Notes under the pieces: generated by a model
The model's database searches: none
The model's input: only the letters and a program-made list of their open reading frames with translations
Told to the model about the DNA's origin: nothing
Source of the DNA: Takakia lepidozioides
Taxonomy: Eukaryota; Plantae; Bryophyta
Direction of reading: 5' to 3'
DNA length: 64,000 nt
Assembly: GCA_030704615.1 (NCBI GenBank)
Contig: CM060734.1
Span: forward strand, 40,858,001-40,922,000
Part shown: in pieces, positions 12,411-24,190 of the stretch
Numbering within the stretch: position 1 is the stretch's first letter
How the letters are laid out: the number at the start of each line of letters is the position of its first letter
Translations under genes and position numbers: made by a program

Positions 12411-14987
12411 TAGAGGGTGGTTTTACACCATAGAGAGTATGACTTTCCTAACATTTAACAAATAACACTCTTTGACTCTTTTCTAGTGTAATATTCTATA
12501 GAGTATAAAAAACGTAACAATAAAAGAGATATAACATATACGGAGGTAACATTTAAAGAGGGTCGTCTGTATGTAACGGCCCGGCACTGATTTCTCAAAT
12601 ATGCAGAAGACGCAACCAGGCGTAAACAGTTTGAACATGTCTAGTTTTATATTGGGGACATGGTCCACTAATGGAGAGCATAAGTCTTTGATTGGCCTTT
12701 TTTTGTCCAAGTGGGGTTTCCAGAGTCTCGACAGGTTGATGGTACGAAATAAATCTGCTTATTTTATGTAATGTTTTTCGGAAATAGAAAGGTCGGCTTT
12801 GGATTTGGATTATGTATTAATTTTTGTCTGTTTTTTGGGGGAGAGGATCCCTTAGGTGCCATATAATCAGATTATGGACGACATGTGCCTCAAAACATTC
12901 AACTTGATACTTCAATTTAGTGGTCAAACCATTTTTTCCATGCAATATTCTTAACATACATTGGGGATAAAAAGTTACATCCTTATCCCTGAGTGTATCC
13001 ACTTTTTTATAGTGGGCCCACCAAAATGGTGCCCGTAGTTTAAGGATTAAGTAGCTGGTTGACCTAAGTTACTTCTTTTTTATAGCTAGGTTGGCGATAA
13101 TAAGTGACATCCAACATAGGTATATCTATGTTGAACCCACATTGCAACCGTGCTCACACATGAAGTTTTAACATATTCCTCAAATACTTTTTGAAGGGGA
13201 AAAACAACGAGCAGAACCTGAGGAAAAAATAACCTCAAACAAAGTGCCATAGAGGCTGATCAAGGAAGACTCTGCTTCGCGAACAAGGGGCAGCAATTTG
13301 CCGAGAGAAACAGAAAAGCTAAAGCCAAACTAGGAAGGAGAGAACAAGAGCCTAGAGAAAACAGAGGAAGTATCAGTTCCTAATGAAACTGTCAAAAGAA
13401 AGGTGGGCATTAGTTTTGTACTGAATTCTAGAGGATTTGTAGTGCCGCCAATTGACCTCCTGATCATCCCAATCCAGAGGGGATCTCATAGCACTCAAGG
13501 AGCTACCAACCTAGTGGGATGTTGTCCCTCCAAAGAATTATGGAATCAGATTGTCTGGTGCAGATCTTGCTCTCTTTACCCCAGGTGTTGTCAAACTTAT
13601 TGAGAAATTGAGTCTCTGCATGAATGCTTTTCAACGGACAGAAGGCTGACAAGAAAAAAAGAGCGGACTCCAAAAAGATGAGAACTCCCTCGGATGTTGT
13701 GGCGTCTCGTCAAAACATGCGCGACATCTGCATAAAGCTTCCCCAAGAACCCGCCACGCCTTCCTATTGTCAGACATAAAGTCTGAGTCAACCTTAATTA
13801 AATAGAATGATCCTGGCATCACTCCATTTATTAGCATAAACCAAACCGCATCTCGCATTCGAGATATTCCAGAGCGTTTGGGATCTAAGAGAAGCCCAAA
13901 CTGGGCAGGAAGACCACATTTTGCTAACAAAGCAAATTGCGAAACTTGTCCAAAAGTTAGCTCACGTCTATTTTTGAAATTTTGGCAAAAATCTTGAAGT
14001 TTTTCTGGTGAAACCACATGAGGTGTTTTTTTTTTTGTGTTTTCTGTTTTTACATTCTTTAAAATTTTATTTTGTGGCATGTTTTGCTATGAGTCTCCCG
14101 ATAGTACAAGGGTTTATTTTTTTTTCCCAATAATAGCAAACTTGGGTTTTCTTTTGTTGGAGAATATTAAGATTCTTATTGGTAGTATTATATTGTAATT
14201 CGGCCTAGTTGTGTGTAAATTCACCAGATTCCTGTCTTGCATTCTATTTCCATTAAAACATTGCGACATTGTTTTTGTGCTCATGCCTCCATATTTTTAT
14301 GCTCAGAGGTGTACTCACGTTCTACCAACCCCCCACCACTTGACCACTTGTAAGGTGGCTTTGTGCCCTAACTAGTTGGCCATCTGTTAAATGCTTTACT
14401 TTACAAATACATTTAATTCCTCAATATGTTTTGTAAATGAAAAACTTAAACTAGATACAATACTGAAACCCTAAACAAAAAGGTTGGTATGGAGTGAGCA
14501 AAGCTGTTAACGGTGCTCAGATTATCGCGGACCTGAAAAGTTTTACAATATTACTTGCGTGACCACATTTTCATTTCACCATAATACATTTTTTTATATA
14601 GTCTCAAAATTAAATATTTCATTTTGTTCATGCTATACACGTTGCAAACACTACCCAACCTCCCTAGAAAACAATTAAAATTTTTCTTATTAAGGTAGTA
14701 GCTTCAGCTAACTCCCTTGGTATAAAGGTTTCTCTATTTGCGGTCACCAATGTTGGACTGGAGGCACGCCTACCAATGCCAAGGCCCGCCGCTGGTCAAA
14801 TTTCTCTTTTGGAATTATCTAAAAGAGGTGAAATCTTAGCTAATCTAGCCTCAAACTCTCTTATGCAACTTTCAAATTGCAATGACTCATGTCAGAACAC
14901 AGAGGTCTCGTGTTCAAATTTTTTGAATGGAAATTTAAGGTACATATCTAGGATTGCAACAGGAACTAGTGCTTGACTCCAACATAA

Positions 14988-15707
14988 TGTCGCGCACCTC
15001 ATTTCGGTAATCTCCCCTTCAAGTCATAGTTACTCGCTTTGATGCGCGCGCCTGACTCCCAACCTGGCCGCCGGGCCAACTTGGAGCTTCGGCTGCTCAC
15101 CGGGACATAACGGTCCCCCCTTCGATCTCCGAAAGACCCTCCACCAATTTGGGCCTAGTGGGAATTCCCTTTGGTAGATGGCAGTCCGGAACAGCTCCCC
15201 ACTCTTTGGTCGCTTTCCGGCTCGCTCGCTTACTCACTAGTTTTTGGTCACCAACGGGCTTGCACCGTTCTCGGGGTTACTACTCCCCTTATATATACTT
15301 CTGTAGCTGTCCGCGGGGGTTCCACAAACAACCATGCCATTTTATGGTGAACCACCACGAAGACCCTCGACTCCCGGCGGTGAGTCGCGGTGAGTCTTGG
15401 CCCACTCACCGCGGCGACCGTGATGAGACCCAAGACTCCCCACGACTCCCACCTCGAGGTCTCCACCTCATGGTGAGTCCTATACCACCCCCACTAAGTC
15501 CCGCTAAGCTACCACCACCCCTTGTGGAGCCACCCCCACCGCAACCCGGTGTGCGGGGCTCCACCTAGTGAGCGCCTCCGCTTCCTTGAGTGCCTTGGGC
15601 ACTCAAGGGTGCTTCAGCCCCCCATACCTATCGATGTCGCTGCCCCCACCACAGGGGCAGCCCCTCATGTGTCCCGACCCCCTGCCCCAAGGCAAAGGGC
15701 CGCGACA
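14988..15707 (-). repeat. 3' LTR of chromovirus
   Basis: Direct repeat of 21228-21948; about 6 substitutions and 1 indel counted by eye. Confidence 0.97.
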
Positions 15708-15719
15708 CACACCCCTACC
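15708..15719 (-). other. polypurine tract of chromovirus
   Basis: GGTAGGGGTGTG immediately upstream of the 3' LTR on the minus strand. Confidence 0.7.
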
Positions 15720-16612
15720 AACAGGGAGTCGATGTCCTCATCGACTTGTCCATTTGTAGAAACGAACATCCAAGTTGTGGCGTCCCACATCAAGGAGTTT
15801 GTTTCCGCACCATGGCGTCCCATGGCAAAGAACCAAACCCCACACTTGACTCTACTCTCCACTAGCTAGTTCGGCCGACTTCCTCCAAGTCCCGGCCAAG
15901 GGTGGAGCCTGTCAAGCTCCTCCCAGTGCACTCTTCTTGGACCACTTCAAGGCCAAGGAACGATCCTCCCCGAGGATCGAATCGCCTTACTGCAACAACA
16001 TTGCTTGCGATCGCTCGTGATGCCGCTTTGGGCATCACCTCGAGCAAGGGTTCACCTTGAACCCTCTTTGACTAAGAAGATAACCTTGAACCAACCGTGC
16101 GCCCCAATCACTACAATTGGGTCCACCTTGGAATGCTGGCCTGAGGTACGGGAACACGTCGAAGCCGCACTACGACTTCGTCCCGAGGCTACACGATTAT
16201 AGTACGTGAACGGAAGCACGTAGCTTCCGCGTTAGCCCGCACTACAAGGCAACCACCTTGGTAGCGCAGTTATAGTACGCGCACGCGCCAGGTGCGCACT
16301 AGCACGTGAACTCCCAAAGAAGGCGCAAGTTTCGTTGCCCCTTGGATGGGAGTCACCCGATTTTGGCACTGCGCAAACACACGATTAATCCAATTTACCT
16401 CTCCCACTTTTGTAAGCTAGCATGCATTCTACACACTAGCCAACCACACCATGCATCACCATTCCAAACAAAATAGGACGCACAACATTTGGAACCCATT
16501 TCCTTTATAACAAATTTTTGTACAATACAAGTTTTTGTAATCGGATTCCTTTGCTAGCTAAGCCGGGCTAAGCATGCATTTCCTCCCCCACGCTCCAAGG
16601 TTGATGTCCCGA

Positions 16613-19600
16613 TCAACGCTTTTTCCGCTTTTGAGATCGCCCTTCGAAAACTGCAACCGCCTCGGATGCGTTTCCCATTTCTGAGGCACGCACCCAAGAT
16701 GCCTCCACATGATTATAGCCCTTCCATTTGACGAGATACTCCGTTTCTCGGTTCTTGAACCTCCTCGACTTAAGTACTGCCTCCACCTCGTACTCAGGTT
16801 CATTTTCATGATCCAACAGCACAGGTGGCGGACGCAACACTTGATGCCGATTCGGACGCGCTTCATCTTTGAAGTAAGGCTTCAAAAAGGAGACGTGGAA
16901 TACTGGATGCACCTTGTTGTTTGCCGGCAGCTCTAATTCATACACATCCTCATTCATAACCTTCCGGATGCGAAAAGGTCCCGCATACGGAGGTACAAAC
17001 TTTGGACTCACTTCCGGAGGTAGTCGGAAATTCTTGATGTTCAACCAGACCTCTGCGCCTGCCTCAAACTTCACTTCCCTCCGCTTCCGATTCGCCTGCC
17101 TTTCATACCGTTTCCTAGCTTTGGCAATGTTGTACTTTGCGAGCTTCAACAAACGCTCGCGTTCTTCCATTACCGCCGCTACTGCCGGTTCCTCAACGTC
17201 CTGGGCGGCCCAACTTGTCGGCACCAGAGGTGCTTTTCCATAGACCAATACGAAAGGGGAAACTCCCGTTGCAGAGTGTTTTGTGTTATTATAACAAAAC
17301 TCTGCCGCGTCTAGGTGTTCCATCCAATCTGATTGGTCTGCCGACACGTAATTCCGTAAGAACTGCTTCACTACGGAATTCACTCTTTCCGTTTGGCCGT
17401 CCGTCGTAGGTCGGAAGGCGGTGCTCATCTTCAGCCTCGTCCCCATCTTCTTCCAAAGTGTCCTCCAAAATTTACTCGTAAACTTTGGATCGCGGTCCGA
17501 GACAATATCCTTCGGGACTCCATGATGCTTTAAGACGTGGGCAAAGCAAAGTCGCCCTGTCTCCTGCGCCGTTGCTGTCTCCTTCGTGGGGATGAAATGG
17601 CCCATTTTACTGAACCTATCCACCACCACCATGATTGCATCGAATCCTTTTGACAGCGGCATAGTAGTCATGAAATCCATCGAGATGCTTTCCCAAGTCC
17701 CCTCTGGAATCGGCAAGGGTTGTAACAGCCCTGCTTGCTTTTTGTACTCGCTCCGGTTTTGTTGGCATGTGGTGCATGTCTTGACATACTCCTCTGCCTC
17801 CTCCCTCAGTTTGGGCCAGAAATACTCTTTCTTCAAGAGTGCCGCAGTGCGCTTGGCTCCGCCGTGGCCCGCAAGCGGGCTATCATGGCATTCTCTCAAG
17901 AGACTATCCCTGATCCCTCCCTTTGGCACGTAGAGACGTTTTTGCTTATACCGGAGCAGTCCATTTTGCAAGTGGAACTGCGATTTAACCCCCATCCTCA
18001 AGTCCTGCATCACGGACTTCGCCAGCTCGTCCTTCCGGCAAGCCTTCCGGATTTTCCTTTGGAGCGCCGTCTTGCCCTTGTACACCAACATGAGCTGTTG
18101 CTTTCTACTTAAAGCATCGGCCACCACATTGTCCCGTCCCGGTTTGTACTGGATATCCACGTCGAACACCGCCAAAGTATCTTGCCACCTAAGTTGTTTT
18201 GGGGACAACTTGGGCTGCGTGGCAATATACTTCGCCGTGACATTGTCCGTGAACACCTTCACTGGGTTGGAACCAACATAGTGGCGCCAAAGCTCAAGGC
18301 AATGCACCACCGCCTTCATCTCTTTTTCGTGCGTTGGCCACCGTCGCTCCACTTCATTCAATTTCTTACTTTCGTAAGCCACTGGACGTCCATCTTGCAT
18401 AAGTACACCCCCAATTGCGAAGTCCGACGCATCTGTATGAATCTCGAACGGACGATCGAACTCCGGGATTTTCAAAACTGGAGCCTCCGCCATCCGCTGC
18501 TTCAATTCAGCAAAAGCTTGGCCACAAAAGGTGTTCCATCCCCACACTTTGGATTTACACAGAAGGTCCGACAGCGGCCCCGCGATCTTGGCGAAATTTC
18601 TCACATACTTCCGGTAATATGAGGCAAGTCCTAGGAAGGATCGCACTCCCGGAACCGAAGTCGGAGGCTCCCAGTCCAAGATCGCCCTCACCTTTCTGTC
18701 ATCCATTTTTGATCCCATCTTGTGTAATCACATGTCCCAGGAACTCCACTTTCGTGACCCCGAATTTGCACTTTGAAGCTTTGGCATACAGCTTCCCTTC
18801 TCGCAATTTTTGGAACACCCTTTTGTGGTGCTCCAGGTGCTCCTCCGTTGTTTTCGAGTACACCAAGATGTCGTCGATGTACACGATCACAAAGTCGTCC
18901 AACCACTCCTGAAAAAGGCTGTTCATCAGCGTGCTAAAGGTCGCTGGTGCATTGGTGAGCCCAAAAGGCATCACCAAGAACTCAAATGAACCATACCTTG
19001 TCATGCACGCGGTCTTCTCCTCATCTCCTTCCGCCACTCGGATTTGATGATAGCCGGAGCGCAGATCGATCCGGCTGAAATACTTCGCTCCTGCCAACCG
19101 ATCAAAGAGGTCGTCGATCCTTGGCAAAAGATACCGGTTTTTGATAGTCATCTTATTCAAAGCCCTGTAATCGATACACATCCGCAGCGTCCCATCCTTC
19201 TTGTCTGCGAATAGCACCGGGGCTCCGTAAGGTGACTTACTCGGCCGGTTGTACCCCTTTGACATTAGATCCTTGAGCTGAGTCTTCAGCTCGACCAACT
19301 CTCTGTGGCTCAACCGGTAGGGCGCCTTGGCAGGCGGTTCCGATCCCGGTATCACCTCAATCTTGTGGTCAACTCCTCTTCGCGGTGGCAAGCCGCTTGG
19401 CAAATCCTCCGGCATCACATCCTGGTATTTCTTCAAAATCCCCTTGATCCAATCTGGGCTCGGCTCCCCATCGCCTTCTCCCTTCACTTGTCTTACGTAA
19501 AGCAAAAACTGGGGCTCGTGTGACTCCTCCACGGCCCATTCTCTTGCTGACAGGAAGTTTATTCGCCCTCCCACGGGTTTGGGCGTTTCCGACACTCGTA

Positions 19601-21172
19601 AGACTTCGCCACCATTCCCACATGGCAGCGTGACTACTCTCTTGCGGCCATCTATGACCGCTCCGGATTTGCTCAAGAATGTCATCCCCAAAATGAGATC
19701 CACTCAATCGATCTCGCAGACGGTGAAGTTCTCACGTCCCTCCCAACTCCCCAGTTGAAGAAGAACATCGAACGCCAACCTCGTCGCCAATTGCGGTTCT
19801 CCCTTGGCAGAACGCACCTCAATAGAGGCCCCTACGTCACTTGTCGGGAGTCCCAGCTTTTGTGCCGTTGCCGGTGTCATGAAGGAGTGCGACGCTCCTG
19901 TGTCCACCAACAATGACACATTAGTTCCGGATATTATCCCATCCACGAATAGCAATTGACTCCCTTTACGTAAGGCGCCAATTTCCTGATACAACTCACA
20001 AGAAAATTTGCCTACCTTGCAACTGACGACCACCGCTTCCACCAAGCGACTGATGGTATCTTCCGACAGCTCTGTGGTTGCCCGAGTCATGTTCAATTGC
20101 CGGGGCTTCGTGCACTTCTTGGCCATGTGCCCGGGCTCCCCGCAATTGAAACACACCCCATCAAAGGTCGCCTTCTGTCCGCCATAGGCCGCTCCACCCA
20201 CTTTTCCTTTCGAAGCACCGGGTGTTGCCTTGACTTGTGAAGGCCCTCCCTTCGATTTCCACGTGCCATTGTCGCCGCGTGGCCTATCCCACTTCTTTTC
20301 CGGTCGGAAGGAGTCACCTTCCCGCCGGATCTTCTTGTGGTTCAGCTCCGTACGGCCTTGTCTTTCACCCCTAGGGACATCCGAGAAACATTCAGCCCTC
20401 TCAATTGCCTCGTTCAAAGTCTTGGGTGGCTTCTCCGCCAACTTCCGCCTGGCCCATGGGGCCAGTCCCGCCACAAAGTTGAAGACCATTTCTGGTTCTG
20501 CCATGTCCGCGACTTTGAGCAACAGCACATTGAAAGCCTGGACATATCCCCGAATGTCATCTGTTTGCTTCAAATTCCTCATCTTGTCCCGGGCGAGCCA
20601 GGACGCGTTGAGGGGCACAAACTGTCTCTTCATCAATTCCTTGAACCCACTCCTGTTCAAGGTTTCCGGGCTTGGACCTCGGTCGTGAAGGCGTTTCTGC
20701 CACCATTGTTGAGCATAGCCCCTCAAATAGGTGGGAGCCACTTCCACCCGATCCTCGTCACTCAACTTGGCCGCCCGGAAGTACTGCTCTAGCTCCAGGA
20801 GCCAGGTGTTGAGTGCCTTCCGATTTTGGACGCCCTCGAAGGTGCCGGGTTCCTTAGGCTTCACCTTAAACTTTGCCTTAGTGGAAGTGGCATTAGCCGC
20901 CTTCAACACGTCTTTCAACGTCCCGCCAAACTGCGCCAACAACCCTTCCCAAAAGGCTGCCGGCATGGGAGGCATCTGTTGGTCGGTCGGAGCTCTCAGG
21001 GATTCCTCGGGCTCCGACTCCTCGGATTCCTCCCGCTCTTGAGCGGCCTCGTTTTCGAAACATGCATCGCTTCCTCAAACGGCCGCCTCGGTGACACGTC
21101 GCCCCCATCGGGCTCACCGGGATCATCATCTTTTGGGCCGTTCCGCTTTCGCTTTGGCTTGCCTGACCCCAT
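16613..21172 (-). pseudogene. chromovirus gag-pol polyprotein, disrupted
   Basis: Gag with CFNCGEPGHMAKKC, protease LVDTGASH, RT YIDD, RNase H TDASD/EKEM/DALSR, integrase H2C2 + D-D-E + GPF, chromodomain YEVEAVL...YLVKWKGY...SW. Lesions: probable frameshift near 21060, in-frame TGA at 19704-19706, +1 A in an A-run at 18706-18710. Confidence 0.93.
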
Positions 21173-21213
21173 GATGAGGCCAATCCCAAGGACGATCGCG
21201 TACTGAACTCTAA

Positions 21214-21225
21214 GCTCTGATACCA
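21214..21225 (-). other. primer binding site, initiator tRNA-Met
   Basis: TGGTATCAGAGC 2 nt downstream of the 5' LTR. Confidence 0.95.
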
Positions 21226-21227
21226 AG

Positions 21228-21948
21228 TGTCGCGCACCTCATTTCGGTAATCTCCCCTTCAAGTCATAGTTACTCGCTTTGATGCGCGCGCCTGACTCCC
21301 AACCTGGCCGCCGGGCCAACTTGGAGCTTCGGCTGCTCACCGGGACATAACGGTCCCCCCTTCGATCTCCGAAAGACCCTCCACCAATTTGGGCCTAGTG
21401 GGAATTCCCTTTGGTAGATGGCAGTCCGGAACAGCTCCCCACTCTTTGGTCGCTTTCCGGCTCGCTCGCTTATTCACTAGTTTTTGGTCACCAATGGGCT
21501 TGCACCGTTCTCGGGGTTACTACTCCCCTTATATATACTTCTGTAGCTGTCCGCGGGGGTTCCACAAACAGCCATGCCATTTTATGGTGAACCACCACGA
21601 AGACCCTCGACTCCCGGCGGTGAGTCGCGGTGAGTCTTGGCCCACTCACCGCGGCGACCGTGATGAGTCCCAAGACTCCCCACGACTCCCACCTCGAGGT
21701 CTCCACCTCATGGTGAGTCCTATACCACCCCCACTAAGTCCCGCTAAGCTACCACCACCCCTTGTGGAGCCACCCCCACCGCAACCCGGTGTGCGGGGCT
21801 CCACCTAGTGAGCGCCTCCGCTTCCTTGAGTGCCTTGGGCACTCAAGGGTGCTTCAGCCCCCCATACCTATCGCTGCCGCTGCCCCCACCACAGGGGCAG
21901 CCCCTCATGTGTCCCGACCCCCTGCCCTCAAGGCAAAGGGCCGCGACA
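21228..21948 (-). repeat. 5' LTR of chromovirus
   Basis: TG...CA ends, direct repeat of 14988-15707, adjacent to the PBS. Confidence 0.97.
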
Positions 21949-21969
21949 CATAATGTGTTAAGTAAAGTT

Positions 21970-22159
21970 GACAACTAGCATGTAGCCCAGTGGTAATGGG
22001 CACATACCACGTTGGATGTGGTTGTGGGTTCAAACCACGGTCTAGTGTGTCATGAAGGTGTCCACCTTCCTAGCGGAAGGCAGTAGCCCTTCGGGGTGAA
22101 GTGACTCCATAAGTTACGCTTCCTTTGGGAGGCGTCATATATATATATATATATATATA
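21970..22159 (+). mobile_element. tRNA-derived SINE, family A, ending in (AT)n
   Basis: A box TAGCCCAGTGG, B box GGTTCAAACC, body shared with three other copies in the window. Confidence 0.75.
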
Positions 22160-22160
22160 A

Positions 22161-22276
22161 AGTAAAGTCTTGCAACAAAGGCTTTACGCGATTCAAGATT
22201 CCATAGCCCCGAGGGCGGTAGCCCGATTGCGTGGGAATCTTGATTCGCATAAAGCCCAAGTTACAGGACTTTAACT
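22161..22276. repeat. imperfect ~40-bp-arm inverted repeat (hairpin)
   Basis: AAAGTCTTGCAACAAAGGCTTTACGCGATTCAAGATTCCA is the near reverse complement of TGGGAATCTTGATTCGCATAAAGCCCAAGTTACAGGACTTT. Confidence 0.75.
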
Positions 22277-23086
22277 CACGGAGGAACTGCATTGTAGACC
22301 GTGTGAAAAGAAAACTACCTGCCTATCTGTCCCTAATCCGAGATTACGGCCCCAGCCCATGGGCTCCACTGCGTAACAGGACAAGCATGATTTTATTCTA
22401 TTTAAAGCCCACCAAAACTACACTAGCTAGAGTTTTTACGACCTAGTACTAGGGTTGACATGTGTATCAGACTTACGATAATCTCATGTAGATTTACATT
22501 TGCTCATTTGAGTATGTCATGTGTCACTCATATATTTATCCATTGTTCATTACACAGATCAACCTATATGTGTGTGTAAGAGCATCTCCACCCTCGAGGC
22601 TGAAAGATTCCCTATAACGCCAAAGATCGCATGATCGATTCAAGTCTATTGGGTTCTGTGACGTGGCAGCCCCGACTCACGCACAGCCTGGCTCTTGAAT
22701 CGCCATGCTATCTCGGCTCACCTCTTCCCGCCATAGCCAGCAGTTTCCCGCCGTTGCTTTGCTGGTTGGTCCTTCGCAATGCCCATCGATTGCTGCAGTT
22801 GGAGTTCCAGTATGCTTGACAATTCTCCCTTGGCAGCTCAATACTCCCCTTTGCCTTGCACCACGTCATGCTACAGGTACAATGTCCAGGACTCAAGGCA
22901 AGAAGCTGTTAATGATAGAATACAAGCTGAGATTAGGGCACTACATCATGCACATTTTTTTTATTGGGGTTCCTTAGTATAAGATTTTTTGTTGGACTCC
23001 TAATGTTGCTAATTGTTTCCTTGACATGTTGTTGACTAGCTAAATATTTCATTGGTTTGGTGTCTTGGATTGGACGGCGACGTCAT

Positions 23087-23275
23087 TGTCGTGCGCATAC
23101 ATATCGCTACACAACTACATCGCTGTCCAAAACCACACAACACATGTGCACACCACACACTAGTATACCACTAGTCCACCACTAGTCCAGCCACTAGTCC
23201 AACCACTAGGCTACAACTAGTTAGTCACTAGGCTGTCACTATGCTGCCCACTATGGCAGTCACTAGTCCACACAA
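23087..23275 (-). repeat. repeat Y2 (3'-terminal copy)
   Basis: Near-identical to 23605-23781 apart from a ~12-bp internal duplication; ends ...GCACGACA on the minus strand. Confidence 0.93.
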
Positions 23276-23602
23276 TGATAAAGAAGAAGAATACAAGCAC
23301 AAGCTCATGCGAGCTCACAAAGCTGAAGCATAAACTCATGCATATATAACCTTATCACTCAAATACAAGTCAAGCCAAGTGCACCCCACGCCATGGGGAA
23401 TCCACACTACGGCGCCATAACTAGGCGCGATGAGGCTCAACTCGAGAAAGATGAGCCTTCCGCGCTTGCCGTGAAGATAACCACTCCAGGGCCTAAATCT
23501 GCCTTAACCCCTGGATTGACACTTGGGCCAATCCCAAATGTCAATATGTAAAAGCTAGCTATTTCCTAGCTAGTTTCACACTAGTGGTAAAATAACTTGA
23601 CA
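23276..23602 (-). repeat. repeat X2 (327 bp)
   Basis: Direct repeat of 33715-34041; about 5 substitutions by eye. Confidence 0.95.
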
Positions 23603-23604
23603 GT

Positions 23605-23781
23605 TGTCGTGCGCATACATATCGCTACACAACTACATCGCTGTCCAAAACCACACAACACATGTGCACACCACACACTAGTATACCACTAGTCCACCAC
23701 TAGTCCAGCCACTAGTCCAACCACTAGGCTACAACTAGTCAGTCACTAGGCTGCCACTATGGCAGTCACTAGTCCACACAA
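23605..23781 (-). repeat. repeat Y1
   Basis: Direct repeat of 23087-23275; preceded on the minus strand by a G-rich tract. Confidence 0.93.
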
Positions 23782-23782
23782 T

Positions 23783-23791
23783 CGCCCCCCT
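23783..23791 (-). other. putative polypurine tract
   Basis: AGGGGGGCG just upstream of Y1 (ATTGTGTGG...) on the minus strand. Confidence 0.6.
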
Positions 23792-24042
23792 AGCTGGTGC
23801 TTAGGTCCCTCTAAGTCCAGGTAGCCACAAGATGTGATAGTGACCATAGCCTCACTAAAGTCCTCCACCATTATCCCTACTACACTCAAACTCGATAGAT
23901 CAAGAGGCCGGGTGCAAGAGTTGCCCCATTATTAGTCGTCGTCTTGCAACCTGTGAACTTGAGCTTGGGATCTCATGTATTGACTCCTATGAGCTTGGCC
24001 TCCCATGTCTTGTTAGCTGCTTCCAGTCATGTCCACTGCCAC

Positions 24043-24190
24043 TATCCCAAGCAGTGTGGACACAACCAATCTCCGTTAGGAACCTTCTCAAGAGGTGGTG
24101 TCAAGCATCCCATATGTCAACCCCTTGAGCATCGATCACACACCAGCATGGTGGCTGCCCCTTTGGCAGACCCACAGAGCATGCACCTCA
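24043..24190 (-). pseudogene. PHD finger at the integrase C-terminus
   Basis: CMLC...MLVCDRCSRG*HMGCLTPPLEKVPNGDWLCPHC fits the C4HC3 pattern; the conserved W is replaced by TGA at 24117-24119. Confidence 0.88.

Larger units (their letters stand above)
14988..21948 (-). mobile_element. full-length Ty3/Gypsy LTR retrotransposon, chromovirus (Galadriel-like)
   Basis: Two ~720-bp LTRs TGTCGCG...CGCGACA, 5-bp TSD CATAA (14983-14987, 21949-21953), tRNA-iMet PBS, PPT, and domain order gag(CCHC)-PR-RT-RH-INT-chromodomain. The lineage label is inference. Confidence 0.97.

Noticed and set aside
13631-14080. 149-aa ORF
   Set aside because: No recognisable motif or supporting exon structure; probably TE debris.
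15149-15568. 139-aa ORF duplicated at 21389-21808
   Set aside because: Lies within the LTRs, has a non-ATG start and shows no recognisable domain.
21970-22050. possible tRNA gene (also 10980-11056)
   Set aside because: A and B boxes are present but the arms are irregular and the sequence continues into a body shared with dispersed copies; better explained as SINE heads.
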